Assembly (NCBI RefSeq): GCF_011386835.1
Contig: NC_088793.1
Coordinates: 101,618,001-101,682,000, forward strand
DNA length: 64,000 bases
DNA from: Chrysemys picta bellii
Lineage: Eukaryota
Direction of reading: 5' to 3'
Below the pieces are notes generated by a model. The model searched no databases. It was not told the DNA's origin and saw nothing but the letters and a program-made list of their open reading frames with translations. Made by a program: the position numbers and the translations under genes. Positions 36,854 through 50,800 of the stretch are shown here, piece after piece; position 1 is the first letter of the stretch; the number at the start of each line of letters is the position of its first letter.

Positions 36854-39800
36854 TTTTATTTTGATTAGCAATTATTTTAATGCTGCTATTTGTATTGTTT
36901 TCTTTCTCTTACAGTTGAAATATTCAGGATAACCCAGTATTACCCACTAGATGGCACAACAGTGACATTATCCTGCTCTCCTCTGTTAGCTGAAGATCTT
37001 GGGCTTGATTTTGATCTCACATTGGTTTTACACCAATATAACTCTACTGATTTCTGTACAGTCACTCCTGATTTACAGAGACTCAGCTGAGATCAGAATC
37101 AACCCCTTCTCTCAAAGCAATATACCTACCAGTATTTTGTTTTGGATTTGTCCTTTACATGGAAGACTCTGTCTGGAACTTGGGGGACAGTTTACTTTGA
37201 TTCACAGCATACGGACAGCTATGTCATGTCTTCTGATGGTAGTGTGTGATGCCTATGTATTAAAGCAGAGGTTCCCAAACTGTGATTTGCAAGCTACCAG
37301 TGGCCCATGGGGATCTTCCTGGTGGGCATATGATGCTGGCTTCTCATCCTTATCTCCATCAGCTATTTTACATTACAAGCCAGATAAAAATGCATTAAAT
37401 AGTTACCTAATATTATTCTTCCATGTAAGGAATTGTGTTTTTTTTTCCCACAAGGATGTTAGAGGATGGGAGGAGAGATAAATCACAAAACAGACGGAAT
37501 TGCCCCAGGAGAGGGGGGAAAGAAATGCTTCTGAGCAATATTATCTGTCAGACTGTCTCATCTATTTATTTCTAGAGCCTCCAACCCTGTAGCATTCGAG
37601 TGCTAAGTTTTGGTTAAATAACTGTCTGATTATGTACCATCTTCTCTGCTGCTCTTGAGGCAAAATCATGTTTCACGTGCCCATATCAGGCAGAGGAAAA
37701 CTAAGGGGAATGAGAGGAAAAACAAGGAGGAGGGGGGCTGATTTTCAGAGGTACTGGTCCCAAAAATTTTTCTGAAGTCAATTGAAGGTGTGGGTACTCA
37801 GCATCTCTGAAATACAGACCCCAGGCCATTCTTTATTCCTCCTTATGGTGGGAAAAGCTGCATGAAGAGGTGTGTCTTTCCCTGCGCCCGAAACGAGGCT
37901 GAGTATTCCATACAGTGTACGGTGCTCTGAAAGTGAACTGGAATCAGAGTAATGTGGTTTTGAACTGATTGGACCCTGCTGTGCAGGCTGGTCATGCAAA
38001 ATTTCATTGGACATTCTGCAGTATAAAACTCTGTTGAGTACTTGTTAGAGGTCTCAGGATTCATCAGTCACAGCCTTCTTCTCCAAAGATGGCTGCCATT
38101 GGCCCCTGAGTACTGCAGTATCATAGGAGGGTATGTGTCACACCCCCTTCCACCTCCGCTTATTCTACAGTCTCCTGCCAGCCAGGAAGACTGGCAGCCC
38201 TTTGTGTAGTACATATGGTTCACAGCCCTCTGCTCACATTCTTATTGAACACCTTCTTTTTAGAGCTTAAGTGGTACAGAGGGCCTTGTGTACCAGGGTG
38301 AATTCTATCCTCTAATATCAAACATTTGATTACACTTCATTAATTTAATTTACAATTAATAATACTTTATTTATTTATTTCTATTATCTATTTATTTATT
38401 TATATTAAAGTAGTGCCTAGTGAAATCTCAGCCCCAATCTGCTAAGGCCTGTAAAAACATATGGTGGAAGATGGTCCCTGGCTCAAACAGTTTACAAGCT
38501 AATTACATGTATTGCAAAACCACTTAAACAAATTTATTCTCCATAGTGTTTTACATATTATTCAGAGTGGGACTTAATCTTTAACAGGAGCAGAGTTGGG
38601 CCAGTGCTGGGTGCTTTTGAAAATACCACACTACATTAAGTCTGTGCTCAAGTATCCTTCATCCTCCAGACCTTGCCCATCCTGTTGTTTGTTGAATTTA
38701 AAAAAAGTTATTTTTGGAATTTGTAAATTAAACTTTTAGAAGTTTTTATTAAAAAAATCCCAGTTAGTTCATGTGATACACAGTTAGCTTGCCTACTACA
38801 GTAAAGTCAGTGGCATGCTCCTACTTCACTTACTATTTAGCAAAGCAGATAATAAGCACTTACTGTTATTATATGGCAATATTGCAAACTAACAAATATT
38901 TCTCATTCACAACTGGCTTGTCCAAGGCTTCCGTAGCAAGTGTTTTAAATCCAGATCCCTTGCTGCCAGTAAGAAATATCTTAGGGCTTGGCTACATAGG
39001 AAATTAACTGGAATTGACATTGCAGAATAACTAGCTATTGCACTTTAAATTCACACCTTATTTTAAACCAAAATAACTTTCAAGGATACACAAGCCCTTA
39101 GAATGTTGCTGTGACTCAGAAAACTGTTCTGTGATTGGATTTTCTCCTGTAATGGAAAGGACAGTTTTCTCTCAAAACAGCAGGGGTAAAATCTTGGTCC
39201 CATTAAAGTCAATGGGAGTTTTACCATTGAATTAACTAGTATCTGTATTTCACCTTCGGTTATTGTTTTCTTTTAGTGTCCGTTATTACTAGAACCCTCC
39301 TTTGTGGGAGGAACCCTTGTGCACATGAAAGAGTCTTATTTCTACTCAATACTTCCCTGAGAGAAAGGTTGGTCTTGTGGTTAAGGCACAAAGCTAGACA
39401 TTTCCTATGTGAATATGGGCAAGTGAGTTCTGGCTTATTCTTGCTTCCATTAAAAGTCAATGTGAATTTTGCTATCTATTTAAAAAGTATCAAGATTGGA
39501 TCCTTGATCTTTTTGGGTGGGTCTTTCAAAGGAACCTAAGAGAGTTAAATGTCCATCTTCCTTTGAAATTCAATTTTCTTATCCATTAAATGAGGATAAA
39601 AATATCCATTCCATATGGGTGCAGGGAGACTTAAATCAGTAGTATAAGTAAAGAATTTGAACACCCATAAGCTGACAGTAATATATAAGAATAAAATATT
39701 AATATTTATATTGTTCATTTGGTAAATAATGATACCATATTGGTTTAAAAACACCTATGTTTCTCAGTATTGTTAGTACTTCCTAACAAATAGAGATGAA

Positions 39801-40140
39801 TTTCACTGTAAAACTAATTTTTGATCTTTCTTTTATTGCCTCTGTTTAATTCTAGAGGGCCATTTTATCTTCTCGGTCACAGAATTACAACCAATGCACA
39901 TTGCTCAGTTATAGTTTCATGGCATAATATAGTATTGTATTAAATTAATAGTATCTGGAAATATATTGTCTTGATATCATGTGGTCAAGCTGGTTTTCAC
40001 AATGATAAAAGGTTGTACAAAGTTTAAAATCAAGATGACAATATTTTATTCAGAAAAAGAAATACACAGCCAGATTTTATGAACAGGACAATGACTGTGA
40101 AATATGAGGTGAGTAACTCTAGGTAGGATCGGATAGGTTT

Positions 40141-41157
40141 TCAGTTTGGAAATAAATTCATTGTTGAACAATCATGCTGGAGCATTTTACAGCTCACAAT
40201 CACTTTCATTGCTTTTCGAAACCAAGGATAAAAGACAGAGTAAATCAAAGGATTAACGGCAGAGTTGGAATAAGTGAACCAAACCACAATGTCAAAGACA
40301 AGGGGTGGCGTTATGAAGTTAAAAAAAGCATCAATTATTACAGTTATAGAATAAGGTGACCAGAATACCACAAAAGCAATCACAGCAATACCAATGGTTT
40401 TAGCAGCTTTATTCTCCCTTTTGTTAACTCTGTCACTGTAAGTGTCAGGCAACTGGATGTTGTTGCTCATCATCTCTATCATTCTAGCTTGTCGTTTAGC
40501 CACAGCAAAGATTTTGCTGTAAAGTGCTATCGTTGTGAAAAAAGGTATTAGATAAAGGAGATTGGATACAACTACCCATGTTTTGTTGAAGAGAATCTGA
40601 CAGCTCCCTACGCAGGAGAGGGCATTTACTAATTCTTGTATCCCTTTGTTATTAGCCCCAGTGAAGACAACAGAAAAACTGAATACTAATGAAAATATCC
40701 AGGCAACAGCTATGAACAAGCCTGAAACAGGCACTGTGAACTTGAGAGGGTAAATTAGAGGATCAGTAACAGCAACGTAGCGATCAACAGAGATGAAACA
40801 CAAGTGAAATATTGATGAATAACAAAAAGATAGTTCTAAAGAACTATGGAATCTACAGAATGTTTCCCCAAAATACCAGCATGTTTCAACAGATCTTATA
40901 CTACTGAAGGGCAGCACAGTCAGACCCAAACAAAAATCAGCACATGCCAAGGAGGCGAGCAAAATATTTGTAGGAGAGTGAAGCTGTTTGAAATAAGCAA
41001 TTGAAATCATTACCATTAGGTTTCCACCTAGTGTAAGAATTGTCAGAAAACCAAGCACAACATACAAAGTTATCCGGATTCCTGAAGACCACGATGTTTT
41101 ATGGCAAGATCCATTAATATTCTCAAAGCAATATTTCTGAAGAAGCACTGAAGTCAT
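40141..41157 (-). CDS. TAAR: Trace amine-associated receptor, 338 aa, copy 3
   Basis: DRY, NSAVNPLIYSVFYPWF; Glu3.32; in-frame N-terminal deletion; intact ORF. Confidence 0.95.
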   Translation of the reverse strand: MTSVLLQKYCFENINGSCHKTSWSSGIRITLYVVLGFLTILTLGGNLMVMISIAYFKQLHSPTNILLASLACADFCLGLTVLPFSSIRSVETCWYFGETFCRFHSSLELSFCYSSIFHLCFISVDRYVAVTDPLIYPLKFTVPVSGLFIAVAWIFSLVFSFSVVFTGANNKGIQELVNALSCVGSCQILFNKTWVVVSNLLYLIPFFTTIALYSKIFAVAKRQARMIEMMSNNIQLPDTYSDRVNKRENKAAKTIGIAVIAFVVFWSPYSITVIIDAFFNFITPPLVFDIVVWFTYSNSAVNPLIYSVFYPWFRKAMKVIVSCKMLQHDCSTMNLFPN

Positions 41158-41684
41158 GTTGTGCTTTTGTTGTTAACTACTCTGAACTTTTTAGTGTTTG
41201 CATTTGTATGCCAATGGTGATGGTGTGGCACATGTAGGTCAAGTTCTTCAGTTTTTAAGTCTTTCTGAAAAAGAGAATTAAAGTCGACATGAGTGAGAGT
41301 ACAATACTTCCAAAGTGTTCTATTATGTCTATGAATATACCATAAATGTGTACGTAAATAGGAAGTAAATAATAGAACATGGCAAAATATCTGTTGTAAC
41401 TACAGCTTTCAATGGCATTTTGAATTAGGTAAACAAGTAGCAAAAATACTTTATAATTGAAAAGTTTATTCAGGGTTTAACTGTATTTTTACCTATTCAT
41501 ATTTATTTACATTTCCTCGATGCCTGATTTGTCTATTTAAGACAATTGCGAACCCCCATTGAGTTCACTGTAGTTGGATGGACTTCTAATGCCTTACCTT
41601 TTGAGAAGCTTTTCTTCAGATATAACCCTGTATTAAAATGTGAATAGAAGGCAGGAAGAGATGCATGTTTTCAGTAGTGCTTTA

Positions 41685-41714
41685 TCCTCTGAGCTGTCTT
41701 AGGAAAGTTAATGA
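41685..41714 (-). promoter_or_regulatory. Candidate TAAR promoter composite
   Basis: TCCTCTGAG-N15-TAATGA. Confidence 0.5.
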
Positions 41715-42162
41715 GAAAGTACACACACCCCCTCCTTTCAAAAAATGAGGGGTGGGGTGAGGGGAAAAACAGCAAACACAAGGGAAATTTAGTGATCATC
41801 CCATACAGTGAAATCCCTCTAGTAAAGGTGTAAACACTGACAGATACGTAGAGTCTGGGAAAAAACCTTCATTAAGCAATCTACTTTGATTTATCACAAG
41901 ATAGTCTTCAACTAAGTATATACTCTGATGCATATGTTTGACCTAAGTCTCATTAGAAGATCATTCCTTTATTTTTTGAAGGCAAATTTAACTGGCTCCC
42001 ACAACAACCAGGTGTTATCTCGGTATTACTACTGTAAATTGCTTTGTGGGGAATACTGACTGAGGAATCTGAGGTCATAGATAATGGTACATGTGTTAAA
42101 GAAAATCTATCCCACCTTTATTAATCTTGCAGTGGGGTATTTCTCTTTCTCTCTCTGTCCCT

Positions 42163-42413
42163 GGGTATGTCTATACTTACCTCCGGGTCCGGCGGTAAGC
42201 AATCGATCTTCTGGGAAGTGCTCACCGTCGACGCCGGTACTCCTGCTCTGCGAGAGGAGTACGCGCAGTCGACGGGGGAGCCTGCCTGCCGTGCCTGCCG
42301 CGTCTGCCTGCCGCGGTAAGTTCGAACTACGGTACTTCGACTTCTGCTACATTATTCACGTAGCTGAAGTTGCGTATCTTAGTTCAAAGTGGGGGGTTAG
42401 TGTGGACCAGCCC
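42163..42413. mobile_element. PIF/Harbinger-type MITE, young (CpG-rich), inside a (CT)n tract
   Basis: TIR GGGTATGTCTATACT / AGTGTGGACCAGCCC; 3-bp TSD CCT; absent from the other units. Confidence 0.75.
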
Positions 42414-43384
42414 CCTGTCTCTCTTTCTCATATATTTTGACCATTTTTCCACACTCTGGGCCAAACTCATTCCAGTGCTAAGAATGGAGCAAGGATTGAG
42501 GCAGCTTGTGTCATCTCGATGTGTCTGCTGTGGTCCAGTGCAGCCCCCAGTGCAAATTAGGGGGGGCTAAATTGCACTCTTTTTGCCATGGCTTCTATAG
42601 GCCTTCTGGCTTTGGAACAGCCAGGGTACAGAACTTCCCTAACTACACATGGCCAGGCTACCAAAATTCCCCCTCCCTCCTCTGGCCTATCCCCAGCCTG
42701 CCCCAGACGTTCCCCTGCCCCTTGGGTTTCCGAAAGTGTCAAGTTGGTGGAGCAAGCCCTGATATGCCCTGGAGGCCACTTGCTGAGGGACTGCGTAGCT
42801 ACTGTGCTGGTGAGGGCAGGGAGCTGTGGGCCATATATGATTTAGGTCATGTCTTTCTCAATGAGTATGAGTAGGTCGAGAAGTATGGTTGAGATGGCAC
42901 TTTCATTCCAAACCTATATTTTCCATGGCTTATAAATTCCTCAGAAATGCAGGTCGATCCTTTTGTAGTGTTCAGGTCCTTAGGCCTGGTCTATATTACA
43001 AATTTATGTCAGTATAACTATATCGGTCATGGCTATTGAAAATCCACACTCCGAGCTCCGCCGTAGTTAAAGTGATCTGACCCCCCAGTGTGGACAGCAG
43101 TAGGTCTATGGGAGAATTCTTCCATCAACCTAGCTACCGCCTTTTGTGGAGGTGGATTACCTATGCCAACATAGAAGGAGAACCCCTCCCATCTGCGTTG
43201 GTAGCATCTTCTCTGAAGCCTTTCTTTCACCCCTCGCGTTCCCGCCAGCAGGAGGTCATGCTGTTTTTACCCTCTTCCCCCAGTCAGGAGGGGGACACAC
43301 TGTTTTTACCCCACCCCATCCTGCTGGGAGGGGGACATACTGTTTTCACTCACACATATACACCTAGCTAGTTTTTTCTGCATT

Positions 43385-44520
43385 TGTTAGTTGTGCATTT
43401 GATTTTTTCCTTTCTAAGTGAAATACTTTGCACTCGTCTTTATTGAATTTCATCTTGTTGAATTCAGACCAATTCTCCAATTTGTCAGTCATTTTGAATT
43501 TTAATACTGTCCTCCAAAGTGCTTGCAATCCCTCGTAACTTGGTGTCATCAGCAAATTTTATAAGAATACCTTCCATTCCCTTTTTCAAGTCATTAATGA
43601 AAATGGTGAATAGTACTGGACTGAGGCCTGACCCTTGTGGGACCCCACTAGATATATCCTCCCAGTTTGACAGCAAACCATTGATAACTACTCTTTGAGT
43701 AGTGCCTTTCAACCAGTTGTTCACTCACTGGATAGTAATTTCGTGTAGACCACATTTCCTTAATTTGTTTAAGAGACCATCATGTGGGATTGTGTCTAAA
43801 GTCTTACTAAAATCAACATATATCATGTCCACTGCTTCCCCCTTATCCAGTAGGCCAAAGAAGGAAATTAGGTTGGTTTGGCATGCTTTGTCCTTGACAA
43901 ATCCATTTTCCCTATTCCTTATCACCTTATTATCCTCTAGGAGCTTACAGATTGATTGTTTAATAATTTGTACCAATATTTTTCCAGGTATTGGAGTTCG
44001 ACTGACTTGTCTATAATTCGCTGGGTCCTCTTTGTTCCCCACTTTAAAGATAGGTACTATGTTTGCCTTCTCCAGTGTTCTGGGACCTCACTCATCTTCC
44101 AGGAGTTCTCAAAGATAATTGCGAATGGTTCTGAGATTGCTTCAGCTACTTCCTGAAGTACCTAAGACAAACTTGAATATATCTAACTTATCTAAATATT
44201 CTTTGACCTGTTTGTTCTCTGGCTTGTGTTCCTTCCATCTTTTTGTTAGTACTAATTGAGTATCTGGCCCCTATTAACTTTTTTAGTGAAGTCTGAAGCA
44301 AAATAGGCATTAAATGCCTCAGTTTTCTGGATGTCATTAGTTATTATCTCTCCTTCCCCGCTAAGTAGAAGACCTACACTTTCCTTCATCTTTCTCTTTC
44401 TCCTAATGTATTTAAAGACCCTGTCTTGTATGTCCCTTGCTAGTTGTAACTCACTTTGTGGTATAGTCTTTCTGATTTTATCCCTGCATGCTTGTACTGT
44501 TCTTTTCCCTTAGCAATTCA
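43385..44520 (-). mobile_element. Old CR1 ORF2 fragment
   Basis: SGVPQGSGLSP, IKFADDTKL, GNKEDPANYRQVS motifs. Confidence 0.85.
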
Positions 44521-44988
44521 TCCATGTTTCCCCTTTTTGTAGGCTTTCTTTTTGAATTTCAGGTAATTAAAGAGCTCCTATTGATGCTAATGTCCCAGAG
44601 GAAAGGAAGAGACAAGCCAGCCCCCAGGTATTCTGGAGACCCTCAGAAGCAGATCCAAAACCCAGGAGAACAGGGGGAGAAAGTCCAACCTTTCCCCTCC
44701 CAATGACAACTGCCAATATTATAGATCTCAGCTGGAAGCACATATTGGCCAGATGCCCTCTCAGAGACCCTCCATAACAGGAGGGGCCATAGCCTAAGAT
44801 AACTCAGCTTCTACACACATACATTTCTCTTTCCCAAAGGGTGAGCAGATTAAACTAGTCTCCAGTTTTGGGATCTTTCTGTGCAGCTGGACTCTGTTCC
44901 CTCAGAAGGCACATGAAAACAAGAAGGCGGAGTATTCACGTTCCAGCCTTGCACGGTTCTTCCTTACTATGGAGCTGTGACTCTAGAG

Positions 44989-47147
44989 CAGGGGTCGGCA
45001 ACCTACGCCCCGCATGCCAAAGGTGGCACGTGAGCCGATTTTTGATGGCATATGGCGGCGGGTTGAGCCGCTCAGCCCGCCGCCGCTTTGGGGTTCCCAC
45101 TGCTTGCCTTGCCAGCTGGGGTCCCGCTGCTGGTCCCACTCAGCGCCCGCTGCTGGCCTGGGTGAAGGAACCCCAGGCTGGCAGCGGGCTGAGACCCTGG
45201 CTGGCAGGAGCTGGCGGCCAGAACCCCAGAGCATCGGCGGGCTGAGCTGCTCAGTCGCTGCTCTGGGGTTCCGGCTGCTGGCCCCTTGCCAGCTGGGGTC
45301 CTCGCTGCAGCCCCACTCATCTTGCTTCCAGTGGGAGTTCCAGCACAGGCCCCCTGCCAGACAGGATCCAGGCCTCTGGCCCTGCTCAGCCCTACCAGCC
45401 GCCAGCTCCACTCACCTCAGCTGCCGATCTGGGGTTCCAGCCGCTGACCTCCTGCCAGCCGGTTAACACTGATCACTCAGAAGCCTGTGTGCAGCTTAAA
45501 GTATCCAAATACGTGCCAGACATTGGAAAACTCAGCAAGGAAAAGCAAGGGAAATAAAAACAACCCAGGAAACTACAGACCAGTTAGTTTAACTTCTGTG
45601 CCAGGGAAGATAATGGAGCAAGTAATTAAGGAAATCATCTGCAAACACTTGGAAGGTGGTAAGGTGATAGGGAACAGCCAGCATGGATTTGTGAAGAACA
45701 AATCATGTCAAACCAATCTGATAGCTTTCTTTGATAGGATAACGAGCCTTGTGGATAAGGGTGAAGCTGTGGATGTGGTATACCTAGACTTTAGTAAGGC
45801 ATTTGATACAGTCTCGCATGATATTCTTATCGATAAACTAGGCAAATACAATTTAGATGGGGCTACTATAAGGTGGGTGCATAACTGGCTGGATAACCGT
45901 ACTCAGAGAGTTGTTATTAATGGTTCCCAATCCTACTGGAAAGGCATAACGAGTGGGGTACTGCAGGGGTCTGTTTTGGGACCGGCGCTGTTCAATATCT
46001 TCATCAACGACTTAGATATTGGCATAGAAAGTACGCTTATTAAGTTTGCGGATGATACCAAACTGGGAGGGATTGCAACTGCTTTGGAGGACAGGGTCAT
46101 AATTCAAAATGATCTGGACAAATTGGAGAAATGGGCTGAGGTAAACAGGATGAAGTTTAACAAAGACAAATGCAAAGTGCTCCACTTAGGAAGGAAAAAT
46201 GAGTTTCACACATACAGAATGGGAAGAGACTGTCTAGGAAGGAGTACGGCAGAAAGGGATCTAGGGGTTATAGTGGACCACAAGCTAAATATGAGTCAAC
46301 AGTGTGATGCTATTGCAAAAAAAGCAAACATGATTCTAGGATGTATTAACAGGTGTGTTGTGAGCAAGACACGAGAAGTCATTCTTCCGCTCTACTCTGC
46401 TCTGGTTAGGCCTCAGCTGGAGTATTGTGTTCAGTTCTGGGCACCGCATTTTAAAAAAGATGTGGAGAAATTGGAAAGGGTCCAGAGAAGAGCAACAAGA
46501 ATGATTAAAGGTCTTGAGAACATGACCTGTGAAGGAAGGCTGAAAGAATTGGGTTTGTTTAGTTTGGAAAAGAGAAGACTGAGAGGGGACATGATAGCAG
46601 TTTTCAGGTATTTAAAAGGGTGTCATAAGGAGGAGGGAGAAAACTTGTTCACCTTAGCCTCTAAGGATAGAACCAGAAGCAATGGGTTTAAACTGCAGCA
46701 AGGGAGGTCTAGGTTGGACATTAGGAAAAAGTTCCTAACTGTCAGGGTGGTTAAACACTGGAATAAATTGCCTAGGGAGGTTGTGGAATCTCCATCTCTG
46801 GAGATATTTAAGAGTAGGTTAGATAAATGTCTATCAGGGATGGTCTAGACGGTATTTGGTCCTGCCATGCGGGCAGGGGACTGGACTCGATGACCTCTCG
46901 AGGTCCCTTCCAGTCCTAGAATCTATGAACCTATGAAAAAGGGCAAGGATCACACTAAACTGATAAGATCTGCATTTTAATTTAATTTTAAATAAAGCTT
47001 CTGAAACATTTTGAAAACCTTGTTTACTTTACATATAACAGTAGTTTGGTTATATAATAAATAGACTTATAGTGAGCCCTTCTAAAAAACGTTAAAATGT
47101 ATTACTGGCACGTGAAGCCTTAACTTCTGAAAGGTTGCCCACCCCTG
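44989..47147. mobile_element. hAT MITE containing a nested CR1
   Basis: TIR CAGGGGTCGGCAACCT / AGGTTGCCCACCCCTG; 8-bp TSD CTCTAGAG; empty in the other units. Confidence 0.9.
45546..46936 (+). mobile_element. Young 5'-truncated CR1 LINE; uninterrupted ORF2 RT frame (ORF track 45487-46848)
   Basis: NYRPVSLTSVPGK, YLDFSKAFD, GVLQGSVLGP, FADD; no stop over 453 codons; 3' UTR and AATCTATG tail. Confidence 0.95.
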
Positions 47148-47447
47148 CTCTAGAGCATGAGCCTGGGAACCCTGCAGGACGGGTCCTGGAGCCTGGTAGT
47201 TAGCAGAGTAGTTCACACCTCCGCCCTCTTCTGTCTCCAATATTTAATGACTCTTGTTTCCACCCACTATCTTCTTTTCCCAGTCATCCTAGGCTTCTAG
47301 GCAGTTCTACAATTTTATTATTGTTTCCTAGTGGGGATATCAAGAACCTTAATATTTTCATCACTTTTTTTTTTAATTTTTAGAATATTTAAAGTGTTCA
47401 TTCGCAGTCTGAAATTAGAGTCTAATATCCGCTGTATTAAAAAAATA

Positions 47448-47470
47448 GAGAGAGAGAGAGAGAGAGAGAG
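47448..47470. repeat. (GA)n microsatellite
   Basis: Direct reading. Confidence 0.85.
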
Positions 47471-47751
47471 AAACCCTTCCAAATATATGTTATGCTTATA
47501 TAAATATGACATAGTGACATAGATGTTACTTAACCTGTGAGCTCTTAAGGGCAGAGACTGTTTTTTGTTATGTGTTTGTGCCTGGCACTGTGGAGCCTTG
47601 ATCCCTGCTTGGAGCCCTTAGGTGCTACCACAATACAATCATACTAAGAGGAAGTTTAAAAAACTTAGAAGAAGAAAAACCCAAACAACTGATAAAATAT
47701 TAGTTGAAGTTCTGATATCAATACTTATTCCACAACACTCTTCCATCTCAT

Positions 47752-47872
47752 TAACTATGACTAAACGGTATCAAATTGTTTAAGTTAATTGAAGAAAGGG
47801 CACAGAGTTTTTCAGATTCTGTGCCCTTTCTTCAATTAATTTAAACAATGTGATAGCGTTTAGTCATAGTTA
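47752..47872. repeat. 55-bp-arm inverted repeat (hairpin), unit-4 specific
   Basis: 47752-47806 is the reverse complement of 47818-47872 with about three mismatches. Confidence 0.9.
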
Positions 47873-50800
47873 TTAAAGCATACCAGAGAGGATTCATCTC
47901 TGTAACAAAGTAGATTAGCAGGGTTTAGGTGAGGTCTTTATGCCAGCTATTTGGAATTCAGTTGAACAGATATAGGTGCCTTTTGATATTTTTTTTACAA
48001 AGTAATGAAAATGACACTCCCATGTATCTGTGCTATCATGCGCTACATAAATTCTGTATGCATGGTGGCTGTGGATTTAATATTTCATTTTGTGTAGCAA
48101 TTATTTTAATGCTGATATTTGTATTGCTTTGTTTTTCTTACAGTTGAAATATTCAGGATCACCCACTAGATGGCACAACAGTGATGTTATCCTACTCTCC
48201 TCTGATAGCCGAAGATCTTGGACTTGATTTTGATCTCACATTGGTATTACACCAATATAACTCTACTGATTTCTGTACAGTCACTCCTGATTTACAGAGA
48301 CTTAGCTGACATCAGAATCAACCCCTTCTCTCAAAGCAATATACCTACCAGTATTTTGTTTTGGATTTGTAGTTATGATCAAAAATGTCCTTTTCAGAGA
48401 AGACACTTTGTCTGGAACTTGGGGGAGACAGTTTACTTTGATTCACAGCATATGGACAACTATGTCTACATTTCATATCTTCTGATGGTATTGTGTGATT
48501 CCTATGAAAGCAGGGGTTCCCAAACTGGTTTGCCGGCTATCAGTGATCCATGGAGATCTTCCCAGTGGGCACATGGTGCTGGCTTCTCCTCCTTATTTTC
48601 AGCAGCTATTTTACATTACAAGACAGATAAAAATCTATTAAATATTTACCTAATATTATTATTCCTTGGAACCAATTGTTGTTGTTGCCACAAGGATTTT
48701 ACAGGATGGGAGGAGAGGTAGATCACAAAACAGGTCACAAAATTGTCCCAAGAGAGGGGAAAAAGAAATGTTTCTGAGCAATATTATCTGTCAGACTGTC
48801 TAATCTATTTATTTCTAGAGCTTCCATCCATGTAGCATTAGGGTGCTCAGTTCAGGGTTAAATAGCTATCTGATTATGTACCATCTTCTCTGCTCCTCTT
48901 GAGGCAAAAACATGTTTCATGTGCCCATATTAGGCAGAGGAAATCTAAGGGGAATGAGAGGAAAAACAAGGAGCAAGGGGGTGGGAGGGTGGGAGGCTGA
49001 TTTTACTAGTCCCCAAAATTCTTTTTGAAGTCAATGGAAGGTGTGTGTACTCAGCATCTCTGAAATTCAGACACCTGGCCACTCTATATTCCTCCTTATT
49101 GTGGGAAAGGCTGCATGAAGAGGTGTGTCTTTCCCAGACCTTGAAAAGCGAATGAGTATTCCGTACCGTATACGGTATTCTGAAAGTGAACTGGAAAGAA
49201 AGTAATGTGCTTTTGAACTGATCAGATTCTGCTGTACAGGCTGGTCGTGTAAAGTTTCATTGACCATTCTGCAGTATAAAACTCTGTTGACTGCTTGTTA
49301 TAGGTCTCAGGATTGATCAGTCGCAGCCCTCTTCTCCAAGGAGGGCTGCCATTGGCCCATGAGTACTGCGGTATCATAAGGGGTGTATGGCTTGTCCCCT
49401 TCCACCTCCCCCCATTCTACTGTCTTCTGCCAGCCATATGGTAGTACATATGGTTCACAGCCATCTGCCCACATTCTTATTGAACACCTTCTTTGCAGAG
49501 CTGAAATGGTACAGACTGCCTTGTGTATTTTATCCTCTAATATCAAACATTTGATTTACGCTTCTTTTATCTTCAGTTTAGAACAATAAAACTAATAATA
49601 AATGCATGAAATGATAAACTGTATACCAGAGGTTTCCAAGGCAGTTTTTATTAGTGTGTCTTATCAGAATGAATAACAATAATTTATTTATTTATTTATT
49701 TGAATTAAGGTAGTGCCTAATGAAATCTCAGCCCCCAGGGTACTAGGGTGTGTATAAACATATGGTGGAAGATGGCCCCTGGCCCAAACAGTTCACAAGC
49801 TAATTACATGTATTGAAAAACCACTTAAACAAATTTACACTCCATAGTGTTTTGCATATTATTTAGAGTAGGACTTAATCTTCAACAGGAGCAGAGTTAG
49901 GCCAGTCCTGGGTGCTTTTGAAAATACCACACTACATTCTGAAGTCTGTGCTCAAGTATCCTTCATCCTCCCTAACTTGCGCATCCTGTTGTTTGTTGAA
50001 TTTTTTAAAAAGTTATTTTTGGAATTTGTATTAACAAAATCCCAGTTACTTCATGTGATAAACAGTTAGCTTGCCCACTATAGTAAAGTCAATGGCATGC
50101 TCCTACTTCTGTTACAATTTAGAAAACCAGATAATAAGCAGTTATTGTTATTATATGGCAATATTGCAAACTAACAAATATTTCTCATTCACAACTGGCC
50201 TGTCCAGGGCTTCTGTAGCAAGTGTTTGAAATCCAGACCCCTTGCTGCTAGTAAGAAATATTTTAATATTTGTCTACATGGGAAATTAACTGGAATTGAC
50301 ATTGCAGAATAGCTAGCTATTGCACTTTAAATTCACACCTTGTTTTAAACCAAAATAACTTACAAGTATAGACAAGTCCTTAGAATGTTGCTGTGACACA
50401 GAAGACTGTTTTGTGATTGGATTTTCTCCTGTAATGGAAAGGACAGTTTTCTCTCAAAACAGCAGGGGTAAAATCTTGGTCCCGTTGACATCAAGGGGAG
50501 TTTTACCATTGAATTCACTGGTATCTGAATTTCACGTTAGGTTATTGTTTTATTTTAGTGTCTGTTATTACTAGAACCCTCCTTTGTGTGAGGAACCCTT
50601 GTGCACATGAAAGAGTCTTATTTCTACTCAATACTTCCCTGAGAGAAAGGTTGGTCTTGTGGTTAAGGCACAGAGCTGGACATTTCCTATGGGAATATGA
50701 ACAAGTCAGTGTTGGCTTATTCTTGCTCACATTAAAAGTCAATGGGAGTTTTGCCACCAATTTGAAAAGTAGCAGGATTGGGTCCTTGATCTCTTTGGTT

